DNA of 23,538 nucleotides from a virus (Duplodnaviria; Heunggongvirae; Uroviricota; Caudoviricetes): IMG/VR virus record IMGVR_UViG_3300045988_147287; one strand, 5' to 3'. Shown piece by piece: positions 17,467 to 23,538 of this stretch (position 1 is its first letter; each line of letters starts with the position of its first letter). The notes under the pieces were generated by a model. It saw only the letters and a program-made list of their open reading frames with translations, ran no database searches and was not told where the DNA came from. The position numbers and the translations under genes were made by a program.

Positions 17467-17879
17467 TGATTGTGCTGGTCGTGTTGTTATCACTGGCGGT
17501 GCCGGGGCTGTTTCTGGTGAAGCATGAAAATGCCAGCCTGCGCACCTCACTGGACAGGGCGAACAGCGTCGCCAGCGGGCAGCAGACGACCATCACCATG
17601 CTGAAAAATCAGCTTCATGTTGCACTCACCAGGGCAGACAAAAACGAGCTGGCGCAGGTGGCACTGCGTCAGGAACTGGAGAACGCGGCGAAGCGTGAAG
17701 CACAGCGCGAGAAAACCATCACGAGGTTACTGAATGAAAACGAAGATTTTCGCCGCTGGTATGGTGCTGACCTGCCTGATGCTGTGCGCCGGTTGCACCA
17801 GCGCCCCGCCTGCACCGACGCCAGTGATTGTCGCCAACGCCTGCCCGAAAGTGAGCCTTTGCCCGATGCCGGGCAGTGA
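17454..17879 (+). CDS. lysB: Inner-membrane spanin (LysB/Rz-like), 141 aa
   Basis: N-terminal TM helix followed by charged/coiled region (ELENAAKREAQREK); 141 aa as in P2 LysB. Confidence 0.8.
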   Translation: MSKLMIVLVVLLSLAVPGLFLVKHENASLRTSLDRANSVASGQQTTITMLKNQLHVALTRADKNELAQVALRQELENAAKREAQREKTITRLLNENEDFRRWYGADLPDAVRRLHQRPACTDASDCRQRLPESEPLPDAGQ

Positions 17880-18024
17880 CCCGGAGACGAACGGCGATTT
17901 AAGTGCTGATATCCGGCAGCTTGAGAACGCGCTGGCACGCTGTGCCAGCCAGGTAAAAATGATTAAACACTGTCAGGACGAAAACGATGCTCAAACCCGA
18001 CAGCCTGCGCAGGGCGCTGACTGA
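17734..18024 (+). CDS. lysC: Outer-membrane lipoprotein spanin (LysC/Rz1-like), 96 aa
   Basis: Starts inside lysB in the +1 frame with GAGG RBS; signal peptide plus lipobox LCAGC; proline-rich; extends beyond lysB into R. Confidence 0.75.
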   Translation: MKTKIFAAGMVLTCLMLCAGCTSAPPAPTPVIVANACPKVSLCPMPGSDPETNGDLSADIRQLENALARCASQVKMIKHCQDENDAQTRQPAQGAD

Positions 18025-18454
18025 TGCCGTCACGGTGCTGAAAACTAACCCCGATATGCTGCGGATATTCGTGGATAACGGGAGTATTGCCTCCACACTG
18101 GCGGCGTCGTTGTCATTCGAAAAGCGTTACACGCTCAATGTCATTGTGACCGACTTTACCGGTGATTTTGACCTGCTCATCGTGCCGGTGCTGGCGTGGC
18201 TGCGGGAAAATCAGCCCGACATCATGACCACCGACGAAGGCCAGAAAAAGGGCTTCACGTTTTATGCAGACATCAACAATGACAGCAGCTTTGATATCAG
18301 CATCAGCCTGATGCTGACCGAGCGCACGCTGGTCAGTGAGGTGGACGGCGCGCTGCATGTGAAGAATATCCCGGAACCTCCGCCGCCGGAGCCGGTCACC
18401 CGCCCGATGGAGCTTTATATCAATGGCGAACTGGTGAGTAAGTGGGATGAATGA
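17987..18454 (+). CDS. R: Tail completion protein (P2 gpR-like), 155 aa
   Basis: 155 aa equals P2 R; position after the lysis genes. Confidence 0.85.
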   Translation: MLKPDSLRRALTDAVTVLKTNPDMLRIFVDNGSIASTLAASLSFEKRYTLNVIVTDFTGDFDLLIVPVLAWLRENQPDIMTTDEGQKKGFTFYADINNDSSFDISISLMLTERTLVSEVDGALHVKNIPEPPPPEPVTRPMELYINGELVSKWDE

Positions 18455-18899
18455 GTTTAAGCGTTTTGAAGACCGGCTGACCGGACTGATTGAGTCGCTG
18501 TCACCGTCAGGGCGTCGGCGACTGAGTGCCGAACTGGCGAAACGTCTGCGGCAGAGTCAGCAGCGTCGGGTGATGGCTCAGAAAGCCCCGGACGGCACAC
18601 CCTACGCGCCACGCCAGCAGCAGAGCGCCAGAAAAAAGACTGGTCGTGTTAAGCGAAAAATGTTTGCGAAACTTATCACCAGTCGTTTTTTGCATATCCG
18701 CGCCAGCCCGGAACAGGCATCAATGGAGTTTTACGGCGGGAAGTCACCGAAAATCGCCAGTGTGCATCAGTTCGGTCTGTCGGAAGAAACCCGGAAAGAC
18801 GGTAAGAAAATTGATTATCCGGCGCGTCCTCTGCTCGGTTTTACCGGTGAGGATGTGCAGATGATTGAAGAGATTATCCTGGCTCACCTTGAGCGTTAG
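18447..18899 (+). CDS. S: Tail completion protein (P2 gpS-like), 150 aa
   Basis: 150 aa equals P2 S; start overlaps R. Confidence 0.85.
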   Translation: MNEFKRFEDRLTGLIESLSPSGRRRLSAELAKRLRQSQQRRVMAQKAPDGTPYAPRQQQSARKKTGRVKRKMFAKLITSRFLHIRASPEQASMEFYGGKSPKIASVHQFGLSEETRKDGKKIDYPARPLLGFTGEDVQMIEEIILAHLER

Positions 18900-18924
18900 T
18901 TGTGTCATTCCCGACACCTCATTG

Positions 18925-18958
18925 CTGCTGCCGGTGCTTACCGGCAGCAGTCTTCTGT
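18925..18958. terminator. Bidirectional rho-independent terminator between S (+) and the RelA/SpoT-like gene (-)
   Basis: Perfect 11-bp inverted repeat CTGCTGCCGGT / ACCGGCAGCAG with 4-nt loop, followed by TCTTCTGTT on the plus strand. Confidence 0.5.
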
Positions 18959-18979
18959 TAGAATACGTTAAAACTAAAG

Positions 18980-20071
18980 CTAAGGTTGTGTGCTTATGTT
19001 TTCTCTTATATTCGAGAAAAAATCGGAGATATCTCTGTTTTTCAGATTTAAACCTGCTTTGTTATTAAATTCAGATTCTAACGAAGGTGAGTTTTGAAAC
19101 GCAACGATAATTTGACATAAATAACTCAAAAGAGCTTCTTTTGGCATGGTGGTTTCTCTGTAATAATTAATAAATGGTTCTCCGAAGCAGAATATTCTAT
19201 CTACTATCTGCTTTTTCATTTGTGAGAGTTTTTGATTGAGTTGTTCTATTGTAGTTATGTTGGCTAGGTTTAAACCATTTAGTAGGTATCCCAAATCTTT
19301 ATCCTTGTATCGGCCATGTACTGTGATTCCTGTTTTTTCTTTTATCTCTTCTGAAAGTTCACTCATAACTCGACTTGTGTTTAAGAATTCATCCAAAGTG
19401 AAAATATCTAAAACTGAATCACTAGTTCCTTGCTCTAGTTCTTTTGCAACCTCTTTCTGCCGTTCAGAAATCTTTTTTCTGATTTTAATAAATTCATCAT
19501 CGGCCATTTCTAAAAGACCAGCTAAGCGTGAAAAGTATCTTCTTATTTCATTAGGCAGTCCTGTGGCCGACTTATAACCAATGTCGTGTTCAATCTCCGC
19601 CCAGGCATGCTGAAGGATTGATCGTATTTGTAATTCGGCTTTGATGTTTTTATATACTTCATATTCTTTTAAGTTTGTTCTGGTTGAGTTTAAAGTTACT
19701 ATATAATGAAGTGATAGGTAACCAAATTTATCAGGCGCAATTGAGGTTCTTTTATCAATAGAGTTCTCTTGGTCAATGGTGAACTCCTTTTCAACTATAG
19801 CAGCTATCTTATCAACATCATCAGCATAATGTGTGATGATCCTGATACCAACGATATCAGTAATATCATCTATAGACTTGTATTTTCCCTTTTTATTAAT
19901 CTTACCTTCAAGGCTTTTTTTTGTTTTAACTCTTGATTCAAGTGAGTGAATTGAAATTTTTTCATTGCGAATTAACGTGGTTAATAACGATTTAAGAGTA
20001 AGGGCATAGGACTCAAATTTATCTTTCCGTTCATCATAAGTAATTAGAATGTCTGACATGCGTGTATCCAT
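18980..20071 (-). CDS. RelA/SpoT-homologue synthetase-fold nucleotidyltransferase, likely toxic small alarmone synthetase (toxSAS) with C-terminal extension (CapRel-like fused toxin-antitoxin), 363 aa
   Basis: ORF-track start 20080 is TTG; ATG at 20071 has GGAG 7 nt upstream. Synthetase-domain motifs readable in the translation: SRVKTKKS, DIVGIRIIT (DxxGxR), GYLSLHY (YxSxH), ELQIRSILQHAWAEIEH (ExQxR[ST]..WAE..H). AT-rich, antisense to flanking late genes, no adjacent small antitoxin ORF. Confidence 0.75.
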   Translation of the reverse strand: MDTRMSDILITYDERKDKFESYALTLKSLLTTLIRNEKISIHSLESRVKTKKSLEGKINKKGKYKSIDDITDIVGIRIITHYADDVDKIAAIVEKEFTIDQENSIDKRTSIAPDKFGYLSLHYIVTLNSTRTNLKEYEVYKNIKAELQIRSILQHAWAEIEHDIGYKSATGLPNEIRRYFSRLAGLLEMADDEFIKIRKKISERQKEVAKELEQGTSDSVLDIFTLDEFLNTSRVMSELSEEIKEKTGITVHGRYKDKDLGYLLNGLNLANITTIEQLNQKLSQMKKQIVDRIFCFGEPFINYYRETTMPKEALLSYLCQIIVAFQNSPSLESEFNNKAGLNLKNRDISDFFSNIRENISTQP

Positions 20072-20133
20072 TGGCTCCAATTAGTGAGGATGTTTTTTTG
20101 CCAGTTAAGTAATCATTATATTCACTTCAAATG

Positions 20134-20163
20134 GAGTGTTGTGTCAACCTTAGAAAAACACTC
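20134..20163 (+). promoter_or_regulatory. Dyad-symmetry element upstream of V (candidate Ogr-type late promoter activator site, P_V)
   Basis: GAGTGTT-N16-AACACTC perfect 7-bp inverted repeat 42-71 bp upstream of the V start; includes TGTTGTGTCA shared with the P/O intergenic region. Confidence 0.45.
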
Positions 20164-20204
20164 TTTTATTGTTCTCATCAGTTCTCAGCAGCATGCTAGA
20201 TCTT

Positions 20205-20840
20205 ATGAAAACACTCGCAAATATCCAGGAACTCGCGCGCGCACTGCGCAACATGATCCGCACCGGCATTATCGTCGAAACCGACCTTAACGCCGGTCGC
20301 TGCCGTGTGCAGACCGGCGGCATGTGCACCGACTGGCTTCAGTGGCTGACACATCGTGCCGGGCGTTCGCGCACATGGTGGGCACCTTCCGTGGGGGAAC
20401 AGGTGCTGATTCTGGCCGTGGGCGGTGAACTCGACACGGCGTTCGTTCTGCCGGGGATTTATTCCGGCGATAACCCCGCGCCGTCTGCGTCGGCGGATGC
20501 CCTGCATATCCGTTTCCCTGACGGGGCGGTGATTGAGTATGAACCCGAAACCAGTGCACTCACGGTAAGCGGAATTAAAACGGCCAGCGTGACGGCTTCT
20601 GATTCTGTTACTGCCACGGTGCCGGTGGTCATGGTGAAAGCGTCAACCCGCATCACCCTGGACACACCGGAGGTGGTCTGCACCAACAGGCTGATTACCG
20701 GCACGCTGGAAGTGCAGAAGGGCGGGACGATGCGCGGCAACATTGAACACACCGGCGGTGAGCTCTCATCAAACGGTAAGGTACTGCATACCCATAAACA
20801 CCCCGGCGACAGCGGCGGCACAACCGGGAGTCCTCTATGA
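20205..20840 (+). CDS. V: Baseplate spike protein (P2 gpV-like), 211 aa
   Basis: ORF-track start 20169 is upstream; ATG at 20205 gives MKTLANIQELARALRNMIRTG... and 211 aa (P2 V length). Confidence 0.85.
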   Translation: MKTLANIQELARALRNMIRTGIIVETDLNAGRCRVQTGGMCTDWLQWLTHRAGRSRTWWAPSVGEQVLILAVGGELDTAFVLPGIYSGDNPAPSASADALHIRFPDGAVIEYEPETSALTVSGIKTASVTASDSVTATVPVVMVKASTRITLDTPEVVCTNRLITGTLEVQKGGTMRGNIEHTGGELSSNGKVLHTHKHPGDSGGTTGSPL

Positions 20841-21184
20841 CAGCGCGTTATCTCGGAATGAATCGCAGTGATGGCCAGACTGTCACTGACCTTGAGCATA
20901 TCAGCCAGAGTATCGGCGATATCCTGCGCACACCGGTCGGCTCACGGGTGATGCGTCGTGATTACGGCTCGTTGCTGGCATCAATGATTGACCAGCCGCA
21001 GACCCCGGCGCTTGAGCTGCAGATTAAGGTCGCCTGTTACATGGCGGTACTGAAATGGGAACCCCGCGTCACCCTGTCATCCGTCACCACGGCGCGCAGT
21101 TTTGACGGGCGAATGACGGTCACGTTAACCGGTCAGCACAACGACACCGGCCAGCCACTTTCGTTAACCATCCCTGTGAGTTGA
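20837..21184 (+). CDS. W: Baseplate wedge protein (P2 gpW-like), 115 aa
   Basis: 115 aa equals P2 W; ATGA overlap with V stop. Confidence 0.85.
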   Translation: MTARYLGMNRSDGQTVTDLEHISQSIGDILRTPVGSRVMRRDYGSLLASMIDQPQTPALELQIKVACYMAVLKWEPRVTLSSVTTARSFDGRMTVTLTGQHNDTGQPLSLTIPVS

Positions 21185-21188
21185 AACC

Positions 21189-22097
21189 ATGCCGATTATC
21201 GACCTGAACCAGCTACCCGCACCGGATGTGGTCGAGGAGCTGGACTTTGAAACCATTCTTGCCGAACGCAAGGCGACACTGATTTCCCTTTACCCGGAAG
21301 ACCAGCAGGAGGCGGTCGCCCGTACCCTGACGCTGGAATCCGAGCCTCTCGTCAAACTGCTGGAGGAAAACGCTTATCGTGAGCTTATCTGGCGTCAGCG
21401 TGTGAATGAGGCCGCACGGGCGGTGATGCTGGCCTGTGCCGCCGGTAATGACCTTGATGTGATTGGTGCCAATTACAACACCACGCGCCTGATTATCACC
21501 CCGGCAGATGATTCGACCCTCCCGCCGACACCGGCAGTGATGGAATCTGACACCGATTATCGTCTGCGTATTCAGCAGGCGTTTGAGGGCTTAAGCGTCG
21601 CCGGGTCGGTGGGAGCCTATCAGTATCATGGCCGCAGTGCCGACGGGCGTGTCGCGGATATCTCTGTCACCAGTCCGTCTCCGGCCTGCGTCACCATCTC
21701 CGTGCTGTCACGTGAAAATAACGGCGTCGCATCCGAAGACCTGCTGGCCGTGGTGCGTAACGCCCTTAATGGCGAGGACGTCAGGCCGGTGGCCGACCGC
21801 GTGACCGTGCAGTCTGCCGCCATTGTTGAATATCAGATAAACGCCACGCTTTACCTTTACCCAGGTCCCGAAAGCGAACCCATCCGCGCTGCTGCCGTGA
21901 AAAAACTGGAAGCGTACATCACGGCACAGCACCGGCTTGGGCGCGACATCCGTCTGTCTGCCATTTATGCCGCTTTGCATGTGGAAGGCGTGCAGCGTGT
22001 CGAACTGACTGCACCTCTGGCTGACATTGTGCTCAACAGTACGCAGGCGTCTTTCTGCACCGAATACAGCGTCGTGACCGGAGGCTCGGATGAGTGA
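21189..22097 (+). CDS. J: Baseplate assembly protein (P2 gpJ-like), 302 aa
   Basis: 302 aa equals P2 J; begins MPIIDLNQLPAPDVVEEL. Confidence 0.85.
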   Translation: MPIIDLNQLPAPDVVEELDFETILAERKATLISLYPEDQQEAVARTLTLESEPLVKLLEENAYRELIWRQRVNEAARAVMLACAAGNDLDVIGANYNTTRLIITPADDSTLPPTPAVMESDTDYRLRIQQAFEGLSVAGSVGAYQYHGRSADGRVADISVTSPSPACVTISVLSRENNGVASEDLLAVVRNALNGEDVRPVADRVTVQSAAIVEYQINATLYLYPGPESEPIRAAAVKKLEAYITAQHRLGRDIRLSAIYAALHVEGVQRVELTAPLADIVLNSTQASFCTEYSVVTGGSDE

Positions 22098-22701
22098 TTC
22101 GCGCCTGCTGCCGACCGGCTCATCACCGCTTGAAGTCGCCGCCGCAAGAGCCTGTGCGGAAATTGAAAAAACGCCGGTCAGTATTCGTGAGCTGTGGAAC
22201 CCGGATACCTGTCCGGCAAATCTGCTGCCGTGGCTGGCGTGGTCATTTTCGGTTGACCGCTGGGATGATAAGTGGCCGGAAGCGACAAAACGCGCTGTTA
22301 TCCGCGATGCGTATTTCATTCACTGCCATAAGGGCACTATTGGTGCGATTCGCCGTGTGGTGGAGCCGCTCGGCTATCTGATTGAGGTGAGGGAGTGGTG
22401 GCAGCTCAACGAGGAGCCGGGGACGTTCCGCATCGTTGTTGGCGTGCTTGAGCAGGGTATTACCGAGGAAATGTATCAGGAGCTGGAGCGTCTCGTTGCT
22501 GATGCAAAACCTGCAAGCCGCCATCTGACGGGACTGGCTATCAGTTTAAGTACAACCGGCAACATTTTTGCCGGTGCGGGATGCTATCACGGCGACGCCC
22601 TGACGGTTTATCCCTACACCCCGGAGGCCATTATTGTCGGAGGGGATTATTTCCCGGCCTCGGCCATTCATTTAATTGATAACCTGAGAGTAAACGCATG
22701 A
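22090..22701 (+). CDS. I: Baseplate protein (P2 gpI-like), 203 aa
   Basis: Position between J and H with overlapping start/stop; size somewhat larger than I recall for P2 I. Confidence 0.75.
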   Translation: MSDSRLLPTGSSPLEVAAARACAEIEKTPVSIRELWNPDTCPANLLPWLAWSFSVDRWDDKWPEATKRAVIRDAYFIHCHKGTIGAIRRVVEPLGYLIEVREWWQLNEEPGTFRIVVGVLEQGITEEMYQELERLVADAKPASRHLTGLAISLSTTGNIFAGAGCYHGDALTVYPYTPEAIIVGGDYFPASAIHLIDNLRVNA

Positions 22702-23538
22702 CAGTGAAATACTACGCCATTCTGACTAATCAGGGCGCAGCACGGCTGGCTAACGCGACGATGCTCGGCAGTAAGCTGAATCTGACGCAAATGGCCGTTG
22801 GTGATGCAAATGGTGTCTTGCCGACACCAGACCCGGCACAGACAAAACTTATTAACCAGAAACGCATCGCGCCGCTGAATCTTCTGAGTGTTGACCCGAA
22901 CAACCAGAGCCAGATTATTGCGGAGCAAATCATCCCTGAGAACGAGGGCGGATTCTGGATCCGTGAGATTGGGCTTTATGATGATGAAGGCGTACTCATT
23001 GCGGTGGCGAACTGCCCGGAAACGTACAAACCGCAGTTGCAAGAAGGAAGTGGTCGTACCCAGACTATCCGCATGATTCTGGTTGTCACGAATACCGAAG
23101 CTATTACGCTAAAAATCGACCCGTCGGTGGTACTGGCGACCCGTAAATACGTGGATGATGAAGTCCTGGAATTAAGGCTGTATGTGGATGACCAGATGAG
23201 AAACCACATTGCCGCACAGGATCCTCATACCCAGTATGCACAGAAACATAATCCGACATTTACCGGAGAACCAAAAGCGCCGACGCCTGCCGCAGGAAAT
23301 AACACCACGCGGATTGCGACCACTGCGTTTGTTCAGGCCGCTATTACCGCTCTGATTAACGGTGCGCCAGCCACGCTGGACACACTGAAAGAAATTGCCG
23401 CAGCCATTAACAATGACCCGAAATTCAGCACCACCATTAACAATGCGCTGTCAGGTAAGCAGCCACTGGATGAGACGCTGACTCATTTGAGCGGAAAGGA
23501 TGTTGCCGGCCTTCTCGCATACCTTGGTTTGGGAGAAG
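22698..23538 (+). CDS. H: Tail fibre protein (P2 gpH-like), N-terminal 280 codons only (runs off the window)
   Basis: ATG at 22698 overlapping the I stop (ATGA); open frame to the window end; not in the ORF track because no stop is reached; begins MTVKYYAILTNQGAARLANA, conserved N-terminal tail-fibre region of P2-like phages. Confidence 0.8.
   Translation, partial: MTVKYYAILTNQGAARLANATMLGSKLNLTQMAVGDANGVLPTPDPAQTKLINQKRIAPLNLLSVDPNNQSQIIAEQIIPENEGGFWIREIGLYDDEGVLIAVANCPETYKPQLQEGSGRTQTIRMILVVTNTEAITLKIDPSVVLATRKYVDDEVLELRLYVDDQMRNHIAAQDPHTQYAQKHNPTFTGEPKAPTPAAGNNTTRIATTAFVQAAITALINGAPATLDTLKEIAAAINNDPKFSTTINNALSGKQPLDETLTHLSGKDVAGLLAYLGLGE

Larger units (their letters stand above)
1..23538. 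mobile_element. P2-like prophage, partial (integrase end through tail-fibre gene H)
   Basis: Gene order int-C-cox-B-A-cos-Q-P-O-N-M-L-X-Y-K-lysABC-R-S-V-W-J-I-H matches phage P2; many products match P2 protein lengths exactly (B 166, A 761, P 590, O 284, N 357, M 247, L 169, X 67, Y 93, K 165, R 155, S 150, V 211, W 115, J 302 aa, from memory). Confidence 0.9.

Noticed and set aside
19236-19577. 113-aa plus-strand ORF antisense within the RelA/SpoT-like gene (also 18865-19068)
   Set aside because: Overlaps a minus-strand ORF with clear conserved synthetase motifs; low-complexity Ser/Phe/Leu-rich translation expected from an AT-rich complement strand.
1-23538. CRISPR arrays, rRNA or tRNA genes, IS elements
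   Set aside because: No regularly spaced direct repeats, no rRNA-like or cloverleaf-compatible segments and no transposase-like ORFs were noticed; a tRNA 3' end at attL cannot be excluded because only 31 bp precede int, and I could not run tRNAscan-type searches.

Overview
The window is about two thirds of an integrated P2-like (Peduovirus-type) temperate prophage from an enterobacterial host, read from the integrase end into tail-fibre gene H. The conserved backbone is syntenic with phage P2: int and repressor C (minus strand), then cox, B, four small early ORFs and replication gene A (plus strand), a cos site carrying the P2 19-nt cohesive-end sequence, portal Q and terminase P (minus strand), then O-N-M-L-X-Y-K-lysA-lysB-lysC-R-S-V-W-J-I-H (plus strand). 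Three visibly AT-rich cargo islands interrupt this backbone exactly where synteny breaks: (1) an orphan 311-aa gene after A in the P2 tin/old position (6525-7460); (2) a tightly coupled two-gene operon between cos and Q, encoding a 366-aa soluble protein and a 229-aa protein with two N-terminal transmembrane helices (7837-9629); (3) a minus-strand gene between S and V encoding a RelA/SpoT-like (toxSAS, CapRel-like) nucleotidyltransferase (18980-20071). Island 2 is the best candidate for an undescribed anti-phage or abortive-infection module; islands 1 and 3 are probably further defence cargo. All calls rest on reading the supplied translations and sequence by eye and on recalled P2 gene order and protein lengths; no database search was run. 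The ORF track uses non-ATG starts (TTG/GTG) in several places, so some starts were moved to the first ATG with a ribosome-binding site.
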